Assembly (NCBI RefSeq): GCF_009914755.1
Contig: NC_060925.1
Direction: 5' to 3' (one strand)
Length of the DNA stretch: 64,000 nucleotides
Source: the human T2T-CHM13v2.0 reference genome, Homo sapiens
The stretch's first letter is position 1. Every line of letters begins with the position of its first letter. Positions 40,882 through 55,300 of the stretch are shown piece by piece. Under the pieces are notes generated by a model. That model had not been told where the DNA came from. It was given only the letters and a program-made list of their open reading frames with translations, and did not search any database. A program made the position numbers and the translations under genes.

Positions 40882-43317
40882 TGTTAGGACCACAGAAAGA
40901 GATAATCTCTGCCAGAAGCAGGAGAAAGAACACTTCTTCCATTCCAGTCACATAAACCACACAAACACATACACACCTTCTCCTCTACTTCCATCATCTC
41001 CACTATCACTAGACTACAGAGAGAAAGATAGAAGAGGCCAGATATCTTGATAGTAAAAAGACCTTGCCACCTAACAGCATACCAGAACAACAGAAAGAAC
41101 CCAGCATGAATTGGCTGAATGTATGCCACAGGAAGATGATACCAGAGGTATCCTCACTGAAAATCCAAGCCCTGGAAGAAGCAGAAAGCCACTGGTTTCA
41201 AGAGCAAATGGCCACTAGTCAATGGAGATTTCAAGGGTAATCTACATGGACATATGGCCAATGGCCAGAGGGGCTGCATCCCGCTCATACTGTGTCTGAA
41301 GGGGCCAGAGTGATTGAGAGGTAGAAATTAGCTTTACAAAGTATGTAATGTTTTGGCATTCTTTAGTTGTTCCTTTGCCCACATGCACACACATTTTTAG
41401 TAATAGTTTGTACACAACCTTTTAATTTTATTTTTGATCTTGACTTGCTGTATAAATGTCTCACATTTTATTTTAGAATTTGTAATTATAAATATCGGAT
41501 GGTCTATTAAAACAATATAATGTAATTTATCCCACCTTCTCATTCTTCAATCCAAATACCATGAAACATTCTTATATACTATATCTTAAATATCCCTAAA
41601 ATCTGGCCTCCCTTCTGTATTCTCACTACATTATTTCCAGCTCTCAACATATTTCTCCTGTACCACTGTAATTGTGTTTAACCTAACTTTCCTGTTTCTA
41701 GTCTCATCTATAAATAAACCAGCTTCGGCAGTGCTGGTGAAGTTGTTGTACGTTGAAAAATCTCTTAAGCCGTATTTAAACCTAAAAAAAGTAGTACCTA
41801 ACATATTAGCAATACTTCCTGTTTCACAAAGCAAGGATCTCTCATTTGACCCAAGTGTACCCAATGCTCTTCATTACTAATATCTTCACCTGCTTTCCCC
41901 AACTACATTGAATCACACCTGGTTGCTTTTGTTGAATTTTATCAAGTATGCCATCCAATCTGATGCTGTGACTTTATGAAAAATCTGTGCATGTATAACA
42001 AAATATTGAGGCTATTTACAAAATATGTATCACTTTATTTGTCCATAGGAAAATTCAAATGAAAGGTAAATATAAGTTTTTTAAGAATCCCAAATAACAC
42101 CCAGAGCCTGAACTATGAAGCAGAATAATCATATATGAAAATAAATTAGGTGTAAATGGATAAACCAAAGGAAGACAGCAGAAGTTGAGGAATTTGAGAC
42201 CCAGCAATATTCTCTAATTGGAGGCTACTTCCTTGTAGAAAGTGACGGGTCCCACAGCTGAAAGATGGAAATAAATCCTATATTATTTTGCTGAGAGGCA
42301 CACATTTCTGACATTGTCTATCTGACATTTCCACTAGAAAGAGATGTCCAGTATTACCAAAAGCCTCCACTGGGAAAACCAGTGGAGCTTCCAGAAGACT
42401 CCATTGCATCTCTTTACGTGTAAATCTCTTCCCTATGTTGTCTACTTAATATATTAATATATTACCACTAATTCCTTTAATATTTTTCTTAAGCACTCCC
42501 CCACTTTCAGTAATAAATTGCCGGTCATCAGACATTCTATGCAGAACTTAAGCCAACTTATACTTAAATAATATTTACTTCAATTATAAAGTTAGCTATT
42601 TTTTTACTCTGATGATTTAAATCAGGTTAATAAGTTCAAATTGAAATTATATAGATTTTCTTAAAAAGAAAGAAATAAAAGCAGTATATTTTACAATCCA
42701 AAATGGGATAAATTATATTTTATTAAGCAGGAGAATTCTACTCTTTAAACTGCCATAGCCTACATTAGAAGTACTAAGGAAACTTTACCTATCACTTGGC
42801 TAAATGTAACCAGTGAAAGGGGTTGTGCTGACACGGGTGACTCAAAAACCCTCAGGACTCAGTAGGCGTTAAATACCCCTCAGCCCCATCAAGCGTTCCT
42901 TAACTATTAAGACACCTGAACCATATTACGAATGCATGTGCTCATCTGCTTTCAATAACTGTTAGCCAATTGATAAATTTAATGGGTGGGGATTCTGGGC
43001 CTGAGCACATGCATGACCGCCACAACTTCCAAACACAGTTCTATGCTTTCTCTCTCTAGACCATCCTAATGTTTGCTTCTAATTGTTCCCAAATTTATGG
43101 CAGTATCAATTGAGTTATTGCTTTGTTTAGAATCTAGTTATACACCCCAAAATCTCCTTTACCTAAGCTAAATCCCTTCTCTCTTCACTTAATCTGAGAC
43201 AGTGCTTCACAGCAAAATGATTTTGGGGGACATTTTTTTTAGACTAGACTGAAAAAAAAGAAAGAAGAGACACATATCTAAATGTAGTCCCAATTCCCAA
43301 TTCCTCTTCAACCTGCT

Positions 43318-43540
43318 CTTTTCTTCAACTTTTATTTTATGCAGAATGTGCAGGTTTGTTACATAAGTAGAGGTGTGCCATGGTGGTTTGCTGCACAGAC
43401 CAACCCATCACCTGGGTATGAAGCCTTGCTCTCCCTCTCCCCACCCACCCCTGACAGGTCCCAGTGTGTGATGTTCCCCGCTGTGTCCATGTGTTCTCGT
43501 CGTTCAGCTCCCACTTATAAGTGAGAACATGCGGTGTTTT
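43318..43540 (-). mobile_element. L1PA 3' end fragment with deletions
   Basis: GCAGAATGTGCAGGTTTGTTACATA...CAGCTCCCACTTATAAGTGAGAACATGCGGTGTTT. Confidence 0.85.
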
Positions 43541-44633
43541 CTACCCCCTTTCATTTTCCATTAATAATAGAAAAGCTGTTAATCATGATCTATTGTCTTA
43601 TAAACCTAGAACATAACTGATGAGGGAATAGTTTTATATTTTTATTTATTTAATTTAATGACATTTTACATTACAGTGAGAAAATAAAAAATAAAGTTTT
43701 AACTTATTCTTCTGCCTTTATATAGACCAGTTCACTGATTTAAAGTTATCTTATTTCAACTCTGTAATGCAAGTTACAAAAAAGAAAAAACTTTCTAGTT
43801 TATTTGAAAGCTTTTAAAAGAAAAGAATCATGATTTTTTTCCTCAAATGGTTAAATCGGCATTAAAAGACATTTAAAACTAAGTTATAATTTTCACACCA
43901 CACTTCCTCATAGCTATAGTTGTTTTTTATGTGGCACCTTTTCTCCAAGCAGCACCACATGTTTTATAGACTGTAAGTTACTAATCAAAAGGGTAACTAT
44001 GCTTTAAATTTGAATCTATTTCACTTATCTTAAAGGTAAGTGCTATTTTGAGTGTTTTGCACTTTCAGAATTTTTCACCTCTAAAAAGTAAGTCAAGTTT
44101 CCTTCTGGATATAATAAACTGCCAACAACCTCAACATATTTTTAAAGTTAGTAGCTGAATGGAAAAGATAGGAAGAGGAAGATTGTTTTATGAGATCAAA
44201 CCTCTGGTTTTTCCTGTGTCAAAATCCTACCTCTAGCAGTGGCCATTATCTGATGACTTACAAGGTGAATGGAAATGTACCTTTTTTGCATTTTGATAAC
44301 TTTGAGGTATTCTACATGGAAATAGATTTTTCTATAAATGTTTATGGAAATGTGCTAATAGAAAGCTATGTAAACATGACAGCAACCAATTCTATAAATA
44401 TAAAAAACATTTCATTAGAACATGGATTTTTTAAAAATGGGTTTTGGTACTATAACAATAAATAAGTCTAATAATTGGATTTTCATTTCCCTCCTGTTTT
44501 CCAGTAGCAAGATATATCAGAAACATTTTTACCTCTTTCAAAATCATAGCACATTGGGAAAAAACCCTAAAGAGAGCCCAGTTGAGAAACTAATTCTGTA
44601 AAATTAATAAAATCAGTTTTTCAACTCTGTCTG

Positions 44634-44731
44634 CTTTTTTTTTTTTGGTCTGGAACTTTTGGCCTCAAGCAATCCTCCCATCCAGGCCTCCCAAAGTGCT
44701 GGGATTACAGGCATGAGCAACAACGTCTGGA
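44634..44731 (-). mobile_element. Alu left-arm fragment
   Basis: GGCCTCAAGCAATCCTCCC..GGCCTCCCAAAGTGCTGGGATTACAGGCATGAGC. Confidence 0.8.
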
Positions 44732-45060
44732 CCCCTTCTTTTCTCCCAAGGCTTTGACATGTTATTCATTTCTGATATTGGAGTCCCTTTACAGACTGTA
44801 GCTGAAGCCCCAGCCCTTTTACTTATCTTCCACAAGCAGGGCTTGGTAACCCCTTCTGCATGTCTTAGATTCACAGGTAGAACATACCCTCCAATTTTTT
44901 GGACATCTGTTTCTCATTTCTGCTGAATAATATGACATTCTGATGGAGAAAAAGACAAAGGAGGCATTTTTTCCCTATTGCTTCCTTTTTACTTAATTTA
45001 AATTATATTAGTTAAAGCAGTCTCTGTGTGTGTGTGTGTGTATGTGATTCAAACTTTTTA

Positions 45061-45469
<409 letters not shown>

Positions 45470-47209
45470 AAAAACCCACAAATTTCTTAGCAGTCCAGCT
45501 GCAAACAAACCTCCCAAAATAAGAGAGAGCAGCAGTGAGAGATTCTGACAGATCCCTGGCATCTCAGTGTGTGTGCTGCAATTACCTAAGGGGATTGAGT
45601 TTGATACATTTGTGTGAATTTGTATGGTTTACTAATGCAGAGATTACATGATGAGGGGTAGAAAATAAATTAGAGTATTTTAAGAGCAGCCTTCACAGAA
45701 GGTGAAGAAGAAAAGGGAGTTCAACTAGATTCTCAGAGGAATGGATACCAAGGGGCCCTGTTCCAGTGACCTGCAGATATGGGCTATGTTTGTCTCACTG
45801 CCTGAGGGATTTGCCAATTATATGCTCTGTGACTACGAGCCAGTCTCCAGCTAGAGAAGAAGATGAAATGGTGTAAAAACACTTTTCAAACTTAGTGATA
45901 ATGAGGCATTTCCAGAAAGGATGGAAGGAGTAACCTAGTGAGGAAGTGAAAAAGAAAGAAAACATGGTTCTGAAAGAATAAAATAGAACAAAACAAAGGT
46001 ATAAGGCTGATGAATTCAAGAATATGTTGCAGAAAAGGAAGAAGAGGAGAAATGTGTATTCCCAAAGCTGTATAATTAAGAGTTTTTTTGTAGATGTTGT
46101 TTCTAGGGCTCTCCAAACTTTTCTGAAGACTAATTTATATCAAGTTAAAAGAAATTTAAATTGTTATATGAAGAGCTAATCAGAGTGTGGGGAAAAAGTT
46201 TAAATGAAGTTAGGTATCCAGCAAGTAATTTTAAAAATTATTATATTAAAAATAAAAGAAAAAAGAAACATGTACTTTCAGTATATGTTTAATTATTTAT
46301 TTAAAATTATATTCACATACTACTGTGCTGACATATTGCATATATGTTAAGATACACACAAAATATAATTCTTCAAAAATGGGACAATATGTTTATTAAA
46401 AAATTATTGGCAAAGTGTACAAAAACTTTCTCACTGTAAATGCTTCAATATTTTTTGTTACAGCATCCAAAGTTTCTTTCCAAATAGAATGCATTTTAAT
46501 ACTTGGTTTTAAGAGTTGACATTACCATTTCAGCTAAATAAAGTACCCAGAAAACATCTAAATAAAATAGAAAAAAAGTGCACCATTGGCTTCAATAATA
46601 ATCAAGACAAAGAGTTTTCAATATATATATATACATAGTTTGGCAAAGATTTTGTTGAAATTAGGCTTTGCATTAAATTTCTGTATTCCTTCAGCTGGTT
46701 GTTCTTAGGAACTGCTTAAAAAACGATTTCTAGATTTTTAAAAATGTAAATAGCAATGAGGGTCTTTATGGGTAACATATTTGCAACAGAACAATTCCAA
46801 ATTCCTATCTATTAAATGCTACCTCCATGGGATGAGTTTCCTTCTCAAGGTGGGGGAAAAACAGCCATATTTACCATTCAGGGTATAATTAAATGTAATT
46901 ATTTTTAAAAATAAACTTTAGGTGGTATGCAACAGTGTGATTAGGTTAGGATGCTCTTGTTTTTACCAATCTACCCAATACATGCCTGACAAAGCACTGA
47001 GGTATTAACTTTGACAGTTATCTTCAACCAGAGAGTATTTTGCAGAAATCCTTTTATGCAACTTGTTCATTTTTTGAAGGTTGGCTTTGTAGGAATTAAA
47101 TCACAAAATTTTTAAATTTACTAAACACAAACTGAGGCCACCAGCATCAATCTTTATTATTTATACAATAAGCTTTATATATGTCTTCATTTATGAATAA
47201 AAATAATTA

Positions 47210-49560
47210 CAGGCATACCTCAAAACATTGTGGGTTCAGTTTCATATCACCACAATAAAGTAAAGCAAGTCACACAAAATTTTTGGTTTCCCAGTGCATA
47301 TAAAAGTTATGTCTATACTACACTAGGGTCTAGTAAGTGTACAATAGCATTGTGTCTAAAAAAGTGCATAACTTAATTTAAAAATACTTTGTTGCTAAAA
47401 AATGCTAACAATTATCTGAGCCTTCAGCAAGTTGCAATCTTGCTGGTGGAGGGTCTTGCCTTCATGTTGATGGCTGCTGACTGATTAGGCTGATTAGGAT
47501 AGTGGTTGCTGACAGTTAGGTACCTGCAGCAATACATTTGTCCCATCAATTGACTTTTTCTTTCATAAAATATTTCCTCTTTAGAAATATATTGAATATG
47601 CAGTGCTGTTTGATAGCATTTTACCCACAGATCTTCTTTCAGAATTGAAGTCAGTTCTCTTAAATCTTGCTGCTGCTTTATCAACTAAGTTCATGTAATA
47701 TTCTAAATCCTTTGTGGTCATTCCAACAATGTTCACAGTATCTTCACTAAGATTAGTGAAACCACGGGAAACCACATTCTTTGTCTATCCATAAGAATCA
47801 ACTCCTCATCCCTTCAAGTTTTGTCATGAGATTGTAGCAATTCAGACACACCTTCAGGCTCCACTTCTAATTCTAGTTCTTTTGCTATTTCCATGCCATC
47901 TGCAGTGACTTCTTCCACTGAAATCTTGAATCCCTCAGTTATCCAAGGAAGGTTGAAATCAACTTCTTCCCATCTCCTGCTAATGTTGATATTTTGATAT
48001 CTTCGCATGAATCACAAATATTCTTAAAGTCATCTAGAATGATGATGGTTTTGCCGAAGGTTTTCAATTTGCTTTGCCCAAATCCATCAGAGGAATCACT
48101 ATCTATGGCAGCTATAGCCTTATAAAATTTATTTTTTAAATAATGAGTCTTGAAATCCAAAATTACACCTTGATCCATGGGCTGCAGAAAATGTTGAGTT
48201 CACAGACATGAAAACAACACTCATTTCTTTGTACGATTCTGTCAGAGCTCTTGGGTGACCAGATGCATTGTCAATGATCAGTAATATTTTGAAAGGAATA
48301 TTTTTTCTGAGGAGTAGGTCTCAACATTAGTCTTAAAATATTCAGTAAACCATGCTGTAAACAGGTCATTCAGACTTTGTTGTTTCATTTTTAGAGCATA
48401 GGCAGAGTAGATTTAGGAAATTTGGGGGATTTTTCACAATGGTAAATGAGCATTGGCTTAAACTTGAAGTTACCAGCTGTATTAGCCCCTAACAAGAGAT
48501 TCAACCTGTCCTCTAAAGCTTTGAAGCCAGGCATTGACTTCTGCACTCTAGCTAGGAAAGTCCTAGATGGTATTGCCTTTCAATACAAAACTATTTTGTC
48601 TACATAGAAGATCTGTTGTTTAGTGTAGCCACCTTCTTTAATGATCTTAGCTAGATCTTCAGGATAAGTTGTTATGACTTTTACATCTGAACTCGTTGCT
48701 TCACCTAAAACTTTTATGTTATGGAGGTGACTTATTTCTTAAACTTCATGAGCCAAACTCTGTTAGCTTCACACTTTTCTTTTTTACCTTCTCACCCCTC
48801 TCAGCCTTCAGAGAATTGAAGAAAGTTAGGGCTTTGTTTTGGGTTAAGGGAATGGTGTGTCTGTTTTGATCATTTACCCAAACCACTAAAACTTTCTCCA
48901 AATCAGCAATAAGATGGTTTTGCTTTCTTATCATTTGTGTATTCACTGGATTGGCACTTTCAATATCTTTCAATAACCTTTTCTTTGTGTTCACAACTTG
49001 GCTAACTGTTTGGCAGAAGAGGCCTAGCTTTTGGCCTATCTCAGCTTTCAACATGCCTTCCTCATGAAGTTGAATCATTTCTAGCTTTTGATTTAAAGTG
49101 AGAGGCCTGTGACTCTTCCTTTCACTTGAACATGTAGAGGTCATGGTAGGTTTACTACTTGGCTTAATATCAATATTATTGTGTGTTAGGTAATAGGGAG
49201 GCCTGAGGAGGGTGACAGAGACTGGAGAATGATTCGTCAGTGGAGCAGGCAGGACACACACACTATTTATTAAGTTTGTTGTCTTATATGAGTATGGTTC
49301 ATGGCACCCTAAAACAATCTCAGTAGGAACATCAAAGATCACTGATCACAGATCACTATAACAGATATAATAATAATGAAACCTTTGAAACTTTGGAAGA
49401 ATTACCAAAATGTGCCAGAAACATGAAATGAGCAGATGCTGTCAGAAAGATGGTGCCAACAGGCTTGTTTGACACAGGGTTGCCACAAACCTTCAATTTG
49501 TAAAAAATGCAATATCTGTGAAGTGCAATAAAGCAAAGTGCAACAAAACAAGTATACCTA
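47210..49560 (-). mobile_element. Tigger1 DNA transposon, near full length (2351 bp), with disrupted pogo-family transposase
   Basis: TA|CAGGCATACCTC left end, degenerate right TIR AAGTATACCTA|TA; ORF pieces [24 protein letters not shown] (CENP-B-like HTH), [49 protein letters not shown]. Confidence 0.93.
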
Positions 49561-49571
49561 TAAGCTGAAGG

Positions 49572-49871
49572 TTTTTTTTTTTTTTTTCTGACAAAAAGTC
49601 TTGCTGTGTTGCCCAGGTTAGAGTACAGTCATCCAATCAGCCTCAAATTCCTGGGCTCAAGTGATCCTTCCACCTCAGCCTCCTAAGTAGCTGGGATTGG
49701 AGGTTTGCAACATCACACCTAGCTAATTTTTAATTTTTTTTTTTTTTTTTTGTAGAGACAGGATCTTGCTATGTTGTCCAGACTGGTCTTGAACTCCCAG
49801 GTTCAAGCAATCCTCCTGTGTCAGCCTTCCAAAGTGCTGGGATTACAGATGTGGGCCATGGTTCCTAGCCC
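49572..49871 (-). mobile_element. AluJ-like abutting the Tigger1 end
   Basis: Poly-T, CCTGGGCTCAAGTGATCC, AAAGTGCTGGGATTACAG; degenerate TSD TAAGCTGAAGGTT / TAGGTTAAAGTT. Confidence 0.85.
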
Positions 49872-50499
49872 TAGGTTAAAGTTCCAATATTTTCTTCTTA
49901 GCTCCAATGGATCATCTTTATGAATCCTGTACACATGCATTTCATTTTGAAGACGTCTGGTTCAAATGGTTATAAATTCGTTTAACATGTACTATTAGGC
50001 TGAAAACCCTTGAGACAAAGATCGTAAGAGGCATGTAGAAGCAGAAAAGAGAAAGAAACTTAACATTTTTATGGATTAGGCATTTTGCTTGCAACCAATG
50101 AGGTAGCTGTTTCACTGATTAGAGACATGAGGTTCAAAGACATTAAGTAGCTTACAAAAAGGCACACTGTCATTAAGAACTTTAGGACCAAGCTCTTTTG
50201 GAAGTGCCATCCTCATTAGTGACTCTGTTAAAAGAAGGTGGAAATTTCTAAATGCAAAACTGATATGTTTAATAAGGTATCTTTGATAAGAGAGAATGTT
50301 TCTAAAAACAAATTAGATAGTTACAATTGAAAGTTCCTGAACCTGAAAACTCCTGATTAAATTTCTTTAATCAGAGAGAACAATACTATCATATTTAGGG
50401 CTTAACAAGGAAAACAACATTCACTCCTATTCATGACTAATAATCACAAAGCAAAATGCACTCCAGGTATAAACTACTTGCCAGAAACTACAATAAGGA

Positions 50500-51125
50500 C
50501 TCATTTGTTCAACACATTTTTATTTGAAACATGTCTAGGTGTCAGGCACTGAGGATACATTGGAGCAAAATAGATATAATCTCTAACATTTGGTTATTGT
50601 CTTATAGATGATACAGTCATTAATTAAGTACTAAAACCAGTAAGTGTTCAATTATAAAAAGAGAAATTGTTATGAAGAAAAGGTATGTGGTATTATGAAG
50701 GTTAAAAGTAAGGAAATTGGCCTAACACAGAAGTCACAGGGAGCTTCTCCAAGATCTGAGGGGTAGTGTGGAGTTATCCAGGTGAGAGTGAAGGGGAGAA
50801 CATTCTGGCAGAGGGCAACATCTGTTCAGGGCCTGCCAAAGGAGGGAGGATAGTATGACTCAGGAACCAACAAGAGGCAAGTGTGACTGGAGATCAAAGT
50901 AAGAACAGCGGTATTCTGTGGTCCTGTCATCCTGGAGTTGAAGACAAGGCCAAACAATGTAGGACTCAGAACATTAACATAATTTTGTTCTCTGTTGTGT
51001 AAACAGTGAGATGTTTTGGGGGATTTTCAGTAGAAATGACATGATTAAAACTCACTTGGAAAATATCACTGTGGCCAAGGATTACAGAACTGGAGGAGGT
51101 AACGTAGAATAAAGGGTGGTAATTT
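50500..51125 (-). mobile_element. L2 fragment (apparently resumes ~57240-57620)
   Basis: CATTTGTTCAACACATTTTATTTG..GTGTCAGGCACTG; GAAATGACATGAT..AAAATATCACTGTGGC. Confidence 0.6.
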
Positions 51126-51127
51126 GC

Positions 51128-52322
51128 TGTGGTTTGTTCTCACCAAAACCTACGTTGAAATTTGATCCCCAATGTGGTGGAATTGGGAGGTTGGGCCCAG
51201 TGGGAGATGTTTTAGTCGTGAAGGTGGATCCCTCATGAATAAATTAATGTCTTCCCACAAGAGTGAGCGAGTTTTTGCTCTTGTAGGAATACATTCTCTT
51301 GTAGGAATACATTTCTTCCCAGGAGAGCAGGTAATTAAGTCTCTGGTTTCCTCTTTTTTTTCCCCGTTGATTCCATTCTTGTCCTGTGATCTCTATCCAC
51401 ATTTTCACTCCCTTTCCACTTTCTACTATGAGTTGAAGCAGCATGAGGCCATCACCTGATGTAGCTGCCCAATTTGGAACTTCCCAGCCTGCAGAAACTG
51501 TAAGCAAAATAAATCCCTCTTCTTTACAAATTACCTGGCCTCAGGGCTGCACCCTCATGGGTGGCTCATGCCATGCTCATGAAAGTGAGTGAGTTTTTAC
51601 CCTTGCAAAACTAAATTACTTACTGTAAGAGTAGGCTGTTATAAAGCCAGGACACCCCTGAGGGTTGTCCTTTTAGCATGTGCCTGTAGGAAATATCCTA
51701 TTTCATGGCAAAAGTGATGCCATCTTGAAGCAAAAATGCCATTATGACTGATGTTAGACCCCCACATGCGAAAGTGTTCTGCAGTAAGATCTTAAACAAT
51801 GCCGGTAGCATAGATGACTCTTATAAAAATACTTATCTAACCTCCCCAGTGGTCGTGAGAATTGGCAAGAAAATCTGGAAATATGAACAGCTTCATCTCT
51901 TTAAGGGTAAAACAGTTTTTACCCCAAAAGCTTGCTATACAAAGAAAGCTTTCTGGAGGGCAGATGCAGGGACCCACCATCTCACAGACACCTGAGACAT
52001 GGCTTTTGTTCTAAGTCCTATTAAATGTTTCTTTTTGACAAACTGCATTTGTCTTCCTTTCTTTAACCTCTCAGTTCCCTCAGCCTTTTGGGGTAGGTTG
52101 GCATGTACCTGCTCACCGCACAAGAGTGCTCACTTCCCCTTTGTCCTTGTCTACCACGTTATAAGACAGCACAGAAAGCCCTCATAGGAAGTTGAGCAGA
52201 TGCTGGTGCCATGCTTCTTGTACTTCTCTGCCTACAAAACTGTGAGTTAAATAAATCTCTTTTCTTTATAAAGATCCAACCTCAGGTATTTCTGTTACAG
52301 CAACACTAAATGGACTAAGACA
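51128..52322 (+). mobile_element. Two MST-type MaLR LTR segments in tandem, the second interrupted by an ERV solo LTR (~51685-52124)
   Basis: TGTGGTTTG..CACCAAAACC..GTTGAAATTTGATCCCCAATGTGG; end CAACACTAAATGGACTAAGACA; nested TGTAGG...-starting LTR flanked by GTGCC/GTGCT. Confidence 0.7.
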
Positions 52323-55300
52323 ATGCTAAAAGCAACTTATCTGAAAAATAAATGAAGAAAACAATCCCACTTATAATCACTACAAAAATAATAGAATACG
52401 TAGGAGTAAATTTAACCAAGAAGGTGAAAGATCTCTACAGTGAAAACTATACAACATTAGTGACATAAATGGGAGAGGACACAAATAAATGGAAAGATAT
52501 TGCACGTTTAAGAATGGAAAGCATTAATATTCTTAAAATGTCCATACTACTCAATGTGATCTACAGATGCAATTCAATCCCTATCAAATATCAATGGCAT
52601 TCATCACAGAAATATAATGATAATTTTAAAATTTGTATGAAAAGACCCTGAATAGCCAAAGCAATCTTGGATAAAAAGAGCAAAGATGAAGGCATCACAC
52701 TACTGAACTTCAAAACATACTACAAAGCTATAGTAACTAAAACAGCATGGTGCTGGCATAAAAATAGATACATACACGAATAGAACAGAATGGAAAACTC
52801 AGAATTAAATCCATACATTTACAGTCAACTGATTTTTGACTAAGGCACAAAGAACACATGTTGGAGAAAGGACAAATGTTTGAGGTGATTGATGTGCTAA
52901 TTACCCTGATTTATTCTGTATCCCATAAATATGGATAATTATTACACATCAACTGAAAATAAAAGGATTTTTAAAATGGAAAAAACAGGCTGATAAATAA
53001 TGTGGAAAGAGCTCAATATTGACATGCATAAGAATAAAACTAAACCCCTATCTCTCACCATATACAATAATCAACATGGAATGGATTAAGGACTTAAATG
53101 TAAGACTGAAATCATAAAATTACTAGAAACAAAAAATGGGGTGGGGAATGCTTCATGGCATTGGTCTAGGCAAAGGCCATTTTGATAAGGCTTACAAAGC
53201 ACAGGCAACAAAAGCAAAAATACACAAATGGAAATACATCAAACTAAAAAGCTTCTGCATAGCAAAGGAAACAATCAACAGAATGAAGAGATGACATATA
53301 GAACAGGTGAACATATTTGCAGACTATGCATTTGAGTCAGGGTTAAGATCTCAAATATATATATACATATATATATATACACACACACACATACACATAT
53401 ATATACATATATACACATATATACATATACACATATATGTGTATATATACATTTATATATTTTTTTCAACTAAAAAGGAAAAGAACAAACACTTTGACCT
53501 AAAAATTGGCAAGTTTGGAAAGTTATGTTTTTATGCCAGTACCACGCTGTTTTAGTTACTATGCTTTGTCATACATTTTGAAGTCAGGTATTCTGATGCC
53601 TTTATCTTCGAGCGAAATTGATTCATTTTTGCTCTTTTTGCTCAGGATTGCTTTGGCTATTACAGATCTTTTGTGATTTTACACAAATTTTAGGACTATA
53701 TGCCCACGTTTATAGATCAGAAGAGATAAAATTGTTAAGATAGCAATATTTTTCAACTTAATCCACAGATTCAATGTAATCCCTATCGAAATCCCAGCTG
53801 GCTTTTTAAGGAAATTGATAAGCTGATTGTAAATTTGATGTGGAAATTCAGGGGACTCAAAAAGGCCAGAACATTATTGAAAAAGAACCAAGTTGGAACA
53901 CTCATATGTCCTGATTTCAAAACTTACTACAAAACTACAGTAATCAAGACACTGAGGTACTTGCATAAGGATAGATACAGCAATAAAAGGAATAGGATTT
54001 ATAGCCTAGAAATAAAATCATTGTATTCAGTTGATTTTCAACAAAAGTGCCAGGATAATATAATGGATAAAAAATAGCCATTTAATAAATGGTGCTGAGA
54101 CAACAGACTAGCCATAGGCAAAATAATATAATTGAACTCCTAGCTTAAACCACACACATAAAAATGCCTCGTAATGGATCATAGAGCTAAATAAACTAAA
54201 ATTATGAAAACTTTAGGAGAAAATACTATATAAGAGCAAATATTTGTGACTTGCACAAGACAGGGGTTTCTTATGCATGACACCAAAACACAAGTGACAA
54301 CAAATTACAAAATTGGACTTCAGCAAAATGTAAAACTTCTGTGTCATAATGATTCAATCAAGAAGATGTACAGAATGAGAAGTAATCTTTGCAGATTATC
54401 CATTTTATAATGGAATTTTATCCACAATATACAAAAACTTCTTATAACTAATTAATAAAATGATAAATAGCCTAATGTTTAAAAGGACAAAGGATCTGAA
54501 CATAAGTTTCCAAAGAAGATATACAAATTACCAAGAAGCATATGAAAAGATACACAGCATCATTAGCCATCAGAGAACTGCAAGTCCATACCGTGAAATC
54601 CTAACATCATACCCATTGGGATAACTGAAATAAACAAGACCTATAATAGTAAATGTTGCCAGGAATGTGTAGAAATAGCAACTCTCTCATACATTTCTAG
54701 TGGAAATGTAAAATGGTACAGTGACTTTGGAGAATAGCTTGGTAGTTCCTCAAAATGTCAAATATAGAGATACCTTTTGATCTAAAAATTCTATCACTAT
54801 ATATCCAAGAGAAATAAACAAATATTCCAAATAAAAACTTATATATGAATACTCATGCAAGTCTTATTAATACTATTCCAAAACAAGAAACAGCTCAAAT
54901 GGCTATCAACTGAAAGATAAATAAAATGTGGCATATCCCTTCAATGGAATATTTTTGGCAATAAATAGAGGTGAAGTAATGATATATGTTACAACATGGC
55001 TGAACTTTGAAAATGTGCTTAATAAAAGCACAATCCTGAGTAAAAAGAACAAAGCTGGAGGAATCAAATTACCTTATTTCCAATTACACTACAAAGCTAT
55101 AGTAATCAAAACAGTATGGTGCTGGCATAAAAACAGACATATAGATAAATGGAACAGAGAAAACCTAGAAATAAATCCAGGGCACTTACAACTAATTCAT
55201 TTCAACAAAGATGCCTAGTACATGCACTGGAGAAAAGACAGACTCTGTAATAAACTGTGCTGGAAAAACTAGAAAGCCACATGCAGAAGAATGAAACTAG

